Source: Folioceros fuciformis
Lineage: Eukaryota
DNA: 48,438 nt
NCBI GenBank assembly: GCA_049999805.1
Contig: JBNGIO010002947.1
Span: forward strand, 1 to 48,438
Direction of reading: 5' to 3'
The notes under the pieces were generated by a model. It had not been told where the DNA came from, ran no database searches, and saw nothing but the letters and a program-made list of their open reading frames with translations. Position numbers and translations under genes: made by a program. The stretch's first letter is position 1, and every line of letters begins with the position of its first letter. This document shows positions 35,388 to 47,713 of this stretch, in pieces.

Positions 35388-38300
35388 TCAGGCCTCAGGC
35401 CCCTGGCTGCAGGCTAAAGAAGGAATTGAGCTTGCACACTCATCTGGTACGCTGCATGACCGGAATCTTCAACTGATTTCACGCATTATTGCATTCCAGA
35501 TGATTCCTCAAAATTGGCCGGCGAGGCTTTAAAATTAATTCCTAGTCGACACAACACAAAAATTAGGCCTTCCACAAATGGTAAAAACCCCATGGCTGAA
35601 ATACGTGCATCGCGCTTTATCCCGCAGACACGACAGGAGACATACCTATTGTCAGGGGATGAAGACTTTGAGCTGGCCCCAGCGGCAAGAACATTCTGCA
35701 GCTGCGCCACCTGCCGCCATGATAGGTTAACAGACCAAACTACTATTTTTTCTGCCATCAAGAGCAAGAAGGCGCACACGCCGAACAAAAGATCACTTAC
35801 AAGCTGCTGCAACTCTTCCACCTTCCCGTCACTCTCCCGTTTCTGCTCCAGTGCACGAGCTATGGCTGCTTCCATCCACCTGTTCTCCGCTTCGAGCTGT
35901 CATGTCACAATCCAAACATCAGCACTGCAGCAAACGAAAGAGACAAAATAGTTTGACAAAGAGTTAACGTATGCATCCTGGAACCTGTTCAGCAGCAGCA
36001 GCCCGCTGCCTCTCCGCCTCCAGCTGCTGCTTCAGACATGCTTGTTCCTACAGAGAGAAGCCCAGCACCGACTCATCTGTCAGTACACGAGACAGGACAT
36101 TTGACATCTGCGGTTTACTCAGACAGTGGTACCTTCCGCACACGCTCTAGCCATCCTGCATCAACAAGCCACTTTTGTTGCCTTCGACGAGGTGGACCCA
36201 CAGCAGTGAGAGACATGGGCATGCTTCTTTGCTCTGGGATAAAACTATCCTCTCCAGTCCCATGTCTCGTCAGCCAGGTGTTACTTGTGCTAGTAACACT
36301 GAAAGATCAACGAGAAGACAGTCAGACCACAACCTGAGCTAATTCGAGGAGTACAAGGTCCTATAATCAGAGGAAAAGAGTTCTTTTCGGAGAATGTTTG
36401 AACAGAATATTCGGAGCTCATGATATCATCGACTGCAAATCCAATCAGGGAACAGAAAAGAAACCTGCTGGCGGCATCCGTGTCCATGAACCTGCTGAGC
36501 TGTTCACTGGGACCTGCTAACCATCCAGAGTCATGCTGAGAGGAGGATAGGCCGTTGGTTGTAAGCAGCATCGGCTTCTCCGAGGGCTTCGACACATACA
36601 TTCCCATGTTCAGGGAACCTCTCGCTCGCTTGCGGAAATTGTCAAAACCACCATCCAGCCTTGAGGAGGTAGGAGATAGGAAGCTCCCATCTTGCAAGGG
36701 TGATTGAAATGGTGGCTGGCCCCTCGCTTCCGGAGATATTCTTGTGATATCTTTCTCCATCTGGAGCAACGCGGCATCGACCTCTGCGTTTCGTGTCGCC
36801 TTCTCCATCTCCAGCGCTCTCACGGCTGCTTGAGCAGCTTCACACTGCTTCTCGGATTCTGCAACTCTTAACTTCAGGGTTCTAATGAAGGTATCAACCT
36901 CTTCCAAATGAGAGGCATGAACCTTTACCATCTCACCGGTCCTCCCTACTGACAGATCAGGAGCTCGGTCTTTGGTGTCATGATTTTTAGACCACTCAAG
37001 CTCTCTCACAGTCCCTTGAAGTGCTGATATGGCGTTGGCTGACTCTTCCCTCTCTGCCACAAGTAGTCTCATGAGCTCGTTTTTCTCATTGATAAGCTCT
37101 TGTTCTTTCCGCTGAAGTTCTATCGTCCTTTGTCTGTCCACTTCCCTGCGCTCCTCCTGTAAATTTGCAGCTTCTTGCTGCTCCTGAGCCCAAGCTTTCT
37201 CCCGTCTTTCCCACTCTGCTTCTCTTTCAACCCTGGCCTGGACCAGTGCACTTTCCTTCAAACTCAACTCCTCTCGAAGACATTCGATAGCATGCATTGC
37301 AGCAGATATCTGTCGATCGAAATTAGCAACTCTATCCACAGCCAATTGCCATTCTTTGTCCCGTCGGTCGACATGAGCTTTATTCTCACTGTAATCTAAC
37401 CAGAGAGTCTCGAGATCCGGCTTCATAAGACCTGCCTCTGCATTACCAGGTGCATTCCTGAAATCCTCCTTATGGCTTCGAATGCTCTCTCGCAGTAAGG
37501 TAATCTCACTTTTGAGCTCCTCCACCGTCTGTTGGTGCTGCTTCTTCTCCCTCTCCCTATCGTCAAAGAGGAGGGACTTCTCATGCATGAGGGTAGAGAT
37601 GGCTTTTGCCATTTTCAGCTCCTCTACCTTGGCCGTCTCTATCCATCTTCTCTTCTCCTGTTCCAACTGCGCTTCTTTCCTCATTGCTGCCTCTTCAAAC
37701 CGAACAAATTCCTGGCTCTTCTGCTCCAGCACTGCTCGAGTGGCCTCCAGTTGCTGCATTAAGGTCTCTGTCTGCTTCTCCCATGTCAGCTCTTTCTCCT
37801 TCATCTCTTGCTTCATTCTGTTCTGAGAAGCGATGCTCATTTCTATCTCCTGCTCTTTCACTTTTTTCTCTCTCTCTACTTCCCTGTCTAACATCCGGAC
37901 CTCTTCCCTAAATTTGTGTAAGCCAAGCTCCATCTCATGTTCTCTAAAATCCAGCTGTGACTCAAGCTTCTTGACTTCCAAATCCTTCATGTTAAGAGCT
38001 TCTTCCATCTGCTTTCTTTCGAACTCCATTTGGACCTCATATTCCTTCATTTCTGCTTTCAGGCTCTCCGCCTGCTGCTCCAACAATTGCTTTTCCTGCA
38101 TCAGCTGCTCAGCTCCTGACCTCATGTTTAATCTCTCTTTCTCAAACCTCTCCTCCTTAGAACGAACCTCCCTAGTCGTCCTTCGAATTTCGGCCTCCAT
38201 TTCAATGGCAAGTCTCTCCACATCTATGAAATTTTCGGAGGAGCTCTCATCTTGCCTCCTAAGAGCTGCTACATCAATCGACGAACTCACTTCACTGCTG

Positions 38301-40570
38301 TTGCAAGATTCGTCGTGGTCGTCCAACCACTGACTTGCTCTTCGAGCCCGTTGCATGCCTTTCCTACTGGCTACCATCTGCTGCTTCATGTCCTCCATAC
38401 GCTGCCTATTCGCTTCCAAAGTTTCCAAAAGCCTTTTATGCTCAGATTTTAAGGAGGCTACCTCTGCGTCCCTTTCTTCTAACGCAGACGACCACTTCTC
38501 GACCTGCTCTTCGACCCACTGCTCTCTTTCTCTGACCATTGCCTCCCATCCATGTTTTTCATTCACCCATTTCTGCTTCCAACTTTCCATTTCCTGCTCC
38601 CACTTCCTCGTTTCCTGAGAAATGACGGCCTCTCTATTGCTGTACTTCAGCTCCAGATCCTCTGACTTGGCTTCCAGATTGCTCAGTTTTGCGGTTAGTG
38701 TCCTTTCTCTGTCGTGCCACATTTCTTCTATCTCCCTTTCTCTGTCTCTTGCCTTTTCAACAAGCATGTTCAATTTGACCTCCAGATTATCTCTCTCCGC
38801 TTCAACTCGCACACGATCGGCCCTCAACTGAGTGAGCTGAGCCACAACCAAATCGTGGAACTCTGCGTCTCCGTCAGCAACAGGAATAACTTCCACGACT
38901 CCATTTGCCACCATCACATTAGGGTCTTCAAGTAGCTCCCGGACTCGTTGTGTGATGATTTGGCTCCCTTCCACAGATGAAGCCCACTGTGCAACCTCCC
39001 CTAATGTTGTTGCTACTTTCACCACAAAGCCCTCCAATTGCCTCAACTTTTCGCTGTGGCTCCTACTCTCAGCTCTCCAAAGGCCCAGAGTTCTATCCAT
39101 TTCAAGACGAGATTCCTTACGGCGTTCTCTCTCGGACGTGAGTGCAGCTTCGCTGTCTCTAAGCAAAACAGAGATCCTACCAGCCTCTTTCTCAAGAGCA
39201 ATCACGCGGTGGTCATTCTGCTTGTCCTTCTCTCGCCACTTTCTCCTTTCCTGCTGGAACCGTTCCTCCGATGCTTCCTTTGCACTGGTCACCTCCTCAA
39301 GAGACTTCCTCTGCCGCTCTGTTCTCTCGTCTGCTTCCTTGAGGAGGTCTTCGAAAGCTATGAACAAGTCTTTACTTGGACTATCCAGCTGCTTCTGCAG
39401 CCCGTCATTTGACGTGGACTCCTGCCCTACGCCAATTGCACTGAAGCCCTTCTTCATGGCATCCTTATGTCTTGTGAAGTCCTCTTCACCTTCTCTCAGC
39501 TCTACAAGCATTCCTCGGATGACCTCGTCCATCTCATCTTGCTTCTTCTGCAGTGCATACTCCTTCTCAGCATGTGCAATGCTGAGTTCCTCCTCTAGCC
39601 TCCTCACTTTGCTTTTCAGCACCATTATCTCCTCTTCGAACTGGACCTCCCTCCGTTCAATTTCCCACTCCCTCTCCTGTCTCTGCATTTCCATCACTTC
39701 CTCATCAGCTTTCATTCTCAGCAGTAATTCCTCCATTGCAGCTTCCAGCTCGACTTCCTCTTCTACTTTCTCTACAATGTGCTCCATTCTTTCCATGCTG
39801 AGTCTTCTCTCAACTGCCTGCTCTCTTCCAGCAAGTATTTTCAATTGCTCGCACAGAAGTTTGGAGAGCTTCATTTCATGCTTCCCATCTTCCCATGACT
39901 GCCCGAGAAAGAGTCTGGGCTTGGCTGAAGACCTGGGATAATCTTGTGGCCAGCCATGGTCGGCGTCATCTTCAGCAAGCTCCCTGCCGTCCCCAAGAGC
40001 TTCTGCTAATTCTCCTTTCAACTTCTGCAAATGGTGTGCCAGTGCCCTTGCCTTGATCAAGTTCACATCTTTTTTGACAGGATTCCTGCAAACAAGGGCA
40101 CGACAGGGTTTGCTCTGAATGCCTTCACGGTCTACCAGTGATTCATCGTCACTAAATGCGTTCTCTATCCGGAGAACGTCTTCATCAGCGATGTCCTTCT
40201 CAAGAGATCTGTATGCTTGCAGACCATGAGGCTTCCACGCTTCTAAAGAAGCAACCTTTCCTTCAGCAAGCTGTAAGGCACTTCCACAAGCGGCTTCGCT
40301 TAAGCAGTCAGGAGGTGCAGCGGTCCGATGATCATGTTCGCAAGAGTAACCACTCTCCACTACTCCTTTGGTGCGCTCCCGAGCGCAAATACTCATCGCA
40401 CTGCCACTATGCGACAAATCCTGCCTTTCGTCACAGTCTATGGAAGTCTGAAAATCTGATCCAAGTTGAGCACTGTCTTGAAATTTGGCCCCACCATCCT
40501 GTCCAGGTGAATCCAAGAAATCAATCTGTGAGCTCCACGGAAGACTTGAAGGAAAGATTAGAGGTACCAT
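35388..40570 (-). CDS. Very large coiled-coil protein (>1400 aa), family unrecognised; ends approximate
   Basis: Uninterrupted E/K/R/Q-rich heptad ORF of 1426 aa. Donor near 36465, followed by small exons (e.g. MEAAIARALEQKRESDGKVEELQQL, VAQLQNVLAAG). Possible extra 5' exons in 40600-41300. Confidence 0.75.
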
Positions 40571-42204
40571 TGTAAAACGTAATAGGCGTGCATTACTCAG
40601 GAGAGATGGAGTGATTGCCCAACCTGGCGAGCCGTCGCAGGTCCCGAGTCACAAACATGCTCGGCGAGCGTCTCGTTGACAGGCACAGCTCGTGCCTCCT
40701 ATGAGAGCCATTCACAGAGACAGACCATTTCGGGGTCAGCCGATCACAATCCCACAACCCCTGGTACCAAAACTCTCATGAAGCCGAGATGTAAGTGTTG
40801 AGCCTACCTTCCGCTCAGCTGGCGTGTACGCTGAACTCCGGACCGAGGCATAACGGTCATTATTGGAGGCTCGCAACGCCACGCGGTGATCCTTTCGCCT
40901 GCAGAAGGCATAAAGTGAGCCAGTGTGAAGCGAACACTAGCTATGGGAACCGAAAAGAATCCCAAAAATGACCTCCTTCTGCAAAATGGCAAGAATCTTT
41001 CAAGCACGCGGAATCACAAGGAGAGGACGAGCAGAACCTTGGACGAGCCGGTTTGCCACGGGTCTCCGGTCCACTTAAAGTACAGCTCGATTGGAGTTCT
41101 GTGCACAGCAACCATAGCGCATTCATCAAAATCACGCAGAAAAAATCACGCATCTCGTTCAAGATGCGAAGTCCACCAACTTCATACCACGGGAAGAATC
41201 CGTCCGTCCTCCCTTCCCGAACGACTGTTTGTCATACCTGAGGCCAGATTTTCAACATTGCTGGAGGACGACATATCAGAAAGTCAACTCGACAAGCTCC
41301 TCATACTCGTCCCTGGCGCCAAGACGGACACACACTCGGCTCAAAACCCTTGCAAACCTTCATAGGCCATTTCCCTGCTGCGCCGAAGCCGGGCGCCATG
41401 AAGGCAGCTCACAAACCAGTCCTTCCAGCCGGAAACCAGGCTTTCAGCCACATTGCAACAACTACTACAACGTGCCGCCAAAGGAGCAAATGCGGATGGC
41501 GGGAAGACAGGATCAGGCGAGACCTTGACTTCCCCCTCGCCCGTTGCAACAGCCACAGCAACAGCAGGAGCTCACGCGGGGCCGGAATTGCTCAAGCCGG
41601 CAGATCTTGCAGCCAGCAGCGAGGCGCGAGCTCGGCGCCTGGAGAGAAGCGTACGGTTGCGCGGCAGATTCGTGGCTCCCACGAGACCGAGCTGCGCTGT
41701 CCGGTCCTGTCCTTCCCCCGCCTGTCCTCGCCCGCGCAAATCAGCAGGCATTCTCTCTACCGAAGCTTTTGGCGCCAGACGACTGGCAGCCTGGCGTCGA
41801 ACATGCGCCGTCGCTCGTTCGTTCCCTCCCCGGCCGAGTCGCGCGCCACAGCCGCCAGCTATTAGCGCTTCCCTGGCTATGACTCAGAACGAAAACACAG
41901 TCGTGCGAACGGCTAAGCCCGGGCGCTTATTCCGGCGTTCAAACTGGAGGATAGAGATCGTGCGATTCCGGCGAGTTTGGTATCCCAGTGTTCCGGTGCA
42001 AGCCTGTCGCACACGCGGTGGGGACCAGCGGACAGGAATGGACTTCTTCAATTTTTCATAAAATGCTGAAAACAGTCCTGAGACGTTCAGGAGGAACGAT
42101 GTCGATTTATATTATACAGTACATACATGACTTGCGACTTGCTATGGCCGTGGGAGAAGTGTCTTTTTCTCCGAGGGAAGAAAGAAGAGTGGGAGACGAG
42201 CCTT

Positions 42205-43867
42205 TCAATCACTTCTCTGGATTTCTGGTTGTGTCAAAGAGTAGACTTCAAGCAGGTCGAGAAATACAGTTTCGTTGGGTTCCACTCTGTCCAGCCGCAT
42301 TCTGTTCAGAAGTCTGTCCACCTGCTGCATCTGGCCTGCCTTACCGTAGGCTTTCAGGATGGATCCGTAGTATTTGGGATCCGGGTAGAGGCCCATCTTG
42401 GGGGCCCGCTGGAGCAGCATTTCAGCTCTGTGGAAGCAGCCATGGTGGCAGTAGCCCTCCATCATGGCTGTGAAGGTGGAGGGCATGAGCTTCACCTTCG
42501 CCTGGACCATGTCCTGCAAGCATTCCTCCATTCTGCCCACGTCCCCAGCCTGGCCGTGTGCCCGGATCCTGATCTCGTAAGACACGAAGGTTGGGGTGAG
42601 ACCTCGTGCCGACATGTCGGAGAAAGTAGACTCCATCTTGTCCAGCATGCCAGCCCTGCCGTAGTTGCTCATCATGGAGTGGAAGGTGGCGAGGTCTGGA
42701 GGTATCTTCCTGGCAGCCGTCATGGTGTTGTAGACTCTGTCCATCTTGTCCCAGGCTCCGGCTTTGCCGTAGACGTCGATGAGGATGTTGAAGGTAATGA
42801 GACCCGGCTTGCAGAACTCGGCTTCCATGACGGAAATCATGTTCTCCATCTGCGCCAGGTGCCCTGCTTTGCCATACGCGTCCAGGATGCCGTTGAAGGT
42901 GTACAGGTCTGGGGCCAGGCCTTCCTTCCGGAGCTCCACAAAGAGTGCATTCACCACGTCGAACTCGCCTGCCAGACCACATGCCCTGATCAAGGTATTG
43001 TAGGTCACGATATTGGGCTGGGCCTGGGACCTCTCTTTCATATCCTCCAGAAACCTGAGCCCCGTCTCCCACGCCCTGGGGTTCGTGGGATTCCTCACCT
43101 GCAACGCAACAAGTGCAGCGAGAGCACCAGCAGCAGCATCAGCGTGCGGTGGCAAACTTCACCGTCATCCATAAAGCATAAGTTTCCTTCTCCCCTACTC
43201 TGCTTCAACTTCATCTACTTCTGCCTCTTCCCTGTTCTTCTCTGCTCTGCTCTGCTCTCACCAACCTGGGACGAAATGACAGCATTGTAGGCAGAAGTGT
43301 CAGGCTCCACACCATTTCGCCTCATCTCCACGAACAGCCACTTTGCCAGCTTCACCTTCTTGGCTTTCCCCATGATGGAGATCAACTTGGAGTAGAAACC
43401 AAGATTATGCCTATACCATCCCTGCATCTGAATCCACCGAAACACCTGCAGCAAAAACAGAAAGCCACAACTCATCCTCATGCAGTCCACGAACCCATCC
43501 CACACAAACACAGAGAACACACCTCAAGGGAAACCTGCCATTCATGCCTGTGCCCCAAGGCCTCCAGCACCTGGAACCAGTGTGGATGCCTGAGATACAG
43601 GCCTCTGCTGTCCATGACTCTCTCCACCACAGCTCCTTCCGCAGTCAGGGCCCGGACCAGCCCCTCTCGGGCATGTGACGTCAGACTCTCCGTCTGCTCA
43701 TCCTTCTTCCTCCTGCTCCTGACAACAACCACAGACACACCGCCTTCTGGAACCTTCATCCCCCGCCCGCAAGAAAGTGATGGCAGTCGGCCGGGAGCGG
43801 CAGCACAAGATGACAATGATTCCAGGGGCCGCCATCCTTGGTCAGGGATGATGCGACTCGGGCTCAT
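42205..43867 (-). CDS. PPR5: P-class chloroplast PPR protein, PPR5/EMB2453 (At4g39620)-like (3 exons)
   Basis: Exons 43867-43523, 43445-43266, 43098-42205. LEVFRWIQMQGWY...YSKLISIMGK....LAKWLFVEMRRNGVEPDTSAYNAVI...QPNIVTYNTLIRA...PDLYTFNGILDAYGK...ITFNILIDVYGK matches recalled At4g39620. Confidence 0.8.
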
Positions 43868-43926
43868 TGTCAGAACCACATCAACATCGTATCCTCTCCG
43901 GTTTCCATTAACAACACTCAAACACC

Positions 43927-44483
43927 ATGCTACTTCTCCAAGTTTCGACGATGGCGACCATGCCAGGGCGAGCTCGCTTTCTGTGTGCAGCCCTCCCACC
44001 GAACGGCTCCGGAGCCGGACACGACTTCACGGACGAGAACCCGTTTGCCACGATGGGGAGAACCTGGAAGCCCACGCCGCGTCCTCGGTGGCCAGTGCAA
44101 ACGGAGGTGGCTGGTGGCTGGCTTTTCTGGAAAAGAAGGAGACCTGTTTCCTGATCTCCATGTCCAAGCAACAGATTTCTCACTCCCGGGCTGGCTGTGC
44201 GCAGGGCAATGTGAAGAGGGAGAAGCGGAGGGTTCCGAGCCCGACCTGCGTCGTGTGCTTGGGGCGGGGGAAGGTGCCGTGCCAACCCTGCCGGGGCAGG
44301 GGCCGCACCAACTGCACGGAGCTGGCCTTGCTGCCCAAGGGAGAGTGGCCCAAGTGGTGCTGGGAGTGCCATGGCTCTGGGTTGAGCTACTGCAGCAGGT
44401 GCTTCGGGACAGGAGAGAAAAGGGGAATCATCGGGTTCCACATACCAGACCAGGACTCCGTACAACAGTTTAGCAACAACTGA
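43927..44483 (+). CDS. DnaJ-like cysteine-rich zinc-finger protein (At3g17668/ENA-like), 2 exons
   Basis: Exons 43927-44106 and 44205-44483. Four CxxCxGxG repeats with RTN...LPKGEWPKWC...CFGTGEKRGIIGF. Confidence 0.8.
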
Positions 44484-44572
44484 TGAGCTATCTCCAGTGT
44501 ACACGAGCTGGAATGCTACGTGTGCGAAGCATCTCTCTCTCGAGTGTCAAAACTGTAAGACTAGTAATGTGG

Positions 44573-47113
44573 TCAGGTGGATTTGGCAGAGGGTTGCTTG
44601 TTGAAGCTCACTCTCATGGTGGTCTGCCCCAGTTGGGATCCATCCAGTGCTGCGATTGCCGCTTTGGCACTTTCCTGCATCATGTCCAGCATGACAAAAG
44701 TGTTGTTACAAGACGCCTGGAATGCATGCAGCACTTTCCCGACTGCGAGAGGAGATTACCTCGTTCTCGTAAGTAACGAATCCGAAGCCCTTGGATCGGC
44801 CAGTCGCGTAGTCGGTGATAACCTGTTCATCCAACAAGAAGCTGTCAACCGGTTGGATCCTCATGGGACTGTAAGGACACTTGAGACTACGGAGGGGAGG
44901 CTCTCTACCCTGGTATGAGTAATTGTGCCGTATGGCTTGAATGCGTTCTCGAGGTCCTCATCACTCAACGTTTTGCACAGGTTGGCAACGAAAATCTGTG
45001 ATTGCCGCTTTCTAGGTTGGGGAGTTTCGGCTTCCTTCATAGAGGCTGGTTTCAGCACCCCCTGCCTCACCTGCCAAGGCAAGCATTTCCATAACTGAGT
45101 GAAACGGCAAGCAGCACCATCAGCAGCATGGTGAGAAGTTCCTGAGGGGCAGCTCTCCTACCGTGAGAAGCCTGCCCAAATTGACCTGACCATCCAGGTT
45201 CTCAATAGCTGCCTGGGCTGACTCAGCGGAATCCATCATCACGAACACGAATCCCCTGTGCCTCCCCTTCACCATCTGTTGCACAGCATGGTAGAAGCTC
45301 AGTACAAACCGACTTGGTGCCTCGACACACGCCATGGCTGTGGCTCAAGGAAGAAGACTGACCTTTCCCTCGGAAAAGAAGGGAACGATCTGCAGCCCTT
45401 TCACTTCCCCGTACTTCTCAAAGACTCTCTTCAGACCTGGAAAGAGAAAAGACAACGTCGATTAACATTTGGATAACACCCAGGCGGGCATGAGAGGTTG
45501 CGACAGGACATACCAGATTTAAGTTGTTTGCCTTGAAGCGTGAACGGCAACCCTCCAACATAAACTTTGGTCGGAACAATCTGGATCTGGTCAACAGTGT
45601 CTTCGGATTTACTTTCAGACTCTTGCTCTGCCTCTTCAGCTGCGGATGTCTCGGTAGATTGAACTTTCGCCTCTGCAGCCACCACAGCTGCTTCTGACAG
45701 TTCCAGGATGTTTTCCGGCTCCTCCAGTGTGGCAAGCTCTTCGGCGGCTAATGGCTCAGCAGACTTGTCTGCCGCGGATGGCTGTGAAGGTCGTGTAGTC
45801 CCTTCCAAAACCTCCACTGCGGCTGCTGCTACTGCTTGAAGGGTACCTTCCGCCCCCTTGGTCTCCACTTTTGTTGGTACTGGCTCTTCTCTTGCTGATG
45901 GCTGACTAGGTTCTTTTGTCCCTTTAGCAACCTCCACCGCGGCTGAGATTGCTTCAAGAGCACCTTCCTGCTCTTCAGTCTCAAGCTCTTCTGCTTCTGC
46001 TGGTTCTTGATCTGCTGATGCTAGACTAGGTTCGACAGGTTCATCCCCAACCGACGCTTCTCCCGGCGGTGCGTCACCTTCCACCAATCCCTTTCCCTGC
46101 TCCGTCACTACCACCTCACCAACCACTGTCGCTTCTGCGATCTCCTGCGATCCGTCTACTTCTCCTACAAGACCACTGTCCTCGTTCCCTTCCTCCCCAG
46201 CTCCCGCAACGGCCTCCTCCCCGGTTGCCAAAACATTGGTACTGGAGCCTTCTTCAAACGAAATTCGTACCTCCTCGACGGCAGCCTCCACAGCGTCAGC
46301 TCCCGGGCTGACTACAACTCCATCCTGCCCCCCGTCCGTGGACAATCCTCCGGCAACAGCAACGTTCCCACTCGACAATCCCCCCGAAGCAACAGCTTTC
46401 TCCTCCTCCTCCTCTGCGGAGCCAGAGCCAGACACTGCAGAATCATCACTCGATGCTTCCGCGCCAGTTCCAGGCTCTTTACCCGCTGCACCTGCATTTC
46501 CATTGGATGCTAAAGCAGAGAATTCTTCACCCACCGCCAATCCTGCAGCAGATGTAGCCTCACCTTCGACCTTGGCACCCGGCTCAGGATCGGTTATCTC
46601 CAACTCCTCCAAAACAGAAGACACCTCTCCAGAAATGGTGGGCACTCCATTTTCCTGCGTGCCGGAATCTCCCACCGCTGCATGCTCCCCGACCCCAGAC
46701 AGCACCCTATCACTTGTTTCAGGACCTAATGCTTCTAGCGCTTCTTGGGCTCCAGGCACAGGAACAGGTTGCACCGCTGCCGAACTGGCCTTCAAGTCGC
46801 CGGGCACAGTGTCAGCCAGAGTGACCTCCCCATGCTGCTCCTCGTACTCCTGCAAATCGAACCAGAATCCCTGCCTGGCCTCCACAACAAGCCCGGTCCC
46901 ATTGGCACCGGACCTGGGCACCGTCTTCCTGCCGGGCGAGGCCGCCAGAGCCAGGCCCTGGAGCTGCGTATTTCGCAGGCCCGCATTGCCGGCAGGCAGC
47001 AAGCGCCTAGCCCTGTTGTTGTTGCTGCAGCTGCTGCTGCCCGTGCCACCGGCTCTCCAGCCGCAGGCCGGGCAGCAGGACACGGCTACGGAGGCTGTGC
47101 AGGCCATATCCAT
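44573..47113 (-). CDS. Plastid two-RRM RNA-binding protein (cpRNP/PSRP2-like) with a very long acidic region
   Basis: Transit-peptide-like start and ~450 aa of E/A/G-rich sequence. RRM1: KVYVGGLP...RGFVFV. RRM2: QIFVANL...TGRSKGFGFVTY...AIAALDGSQLGQTTMRVSF. Stop at 44573. Confidence 0.82.
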
Positions 47114-47713
47114 GCTTGCTCAAATCAGCAGTACCCGCACTCCAGACTCCCACAGGCACAGCCTGGCCCAATGGCAGCAACCCGAAATACGGAGACGCGA
47201 CTTTGTTGTCGGCAGACTTGCATCGCTTCTGCCTCCCTGCCGGATTTCAGTGATTCACACCTTCTTCGTCTACATGGGCAAGCGGACAACCTTGCTTATC
47301 CGATTCCACCTCCGACGGCGAACCAGTCCTGCAATAGCTACTTTTGAACAGTTTCATGATTGTGCCAGTGCCCTGACTTGTCTCATTGCAAGATTAGGCA
47401 CAGAAAGAATGAATTGTTCCGCCACCTCAGCTGTAAGACGATGCAAGATAACATAGCCATAACAAACTAGGCGTTTCAGATGACGACGTGAGCCTGATAT
47501 CTTACAACCTCTCTAGTGCTTGGTGAGGGAGGGAGGCAGGCCAGGGGCGAGAATGGACAACAGCTTTGATCTGAGGTGGTGGGAGATCCCGCACCATCCT
47601 TCCTACAGTACACCATGCTTCCACACTCAACACGAAAACTGCTGTGAAGTGGTGGTGCATAAAATGGGAAATTCACAGGCTTGAAATCAAGGAAGGCCAG
47701 ACTGAGTGCATCT

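Noticed and set aside
43407-44483. 358-aa plus-strand ORF suggesting a long zinc-finger protein overlapping PPR5
   Set aside because: Its 5' two-thirds is antisense to PPR5 exon 1 plus intron read-through. A 2-exon model from 43927 explains the gene better.
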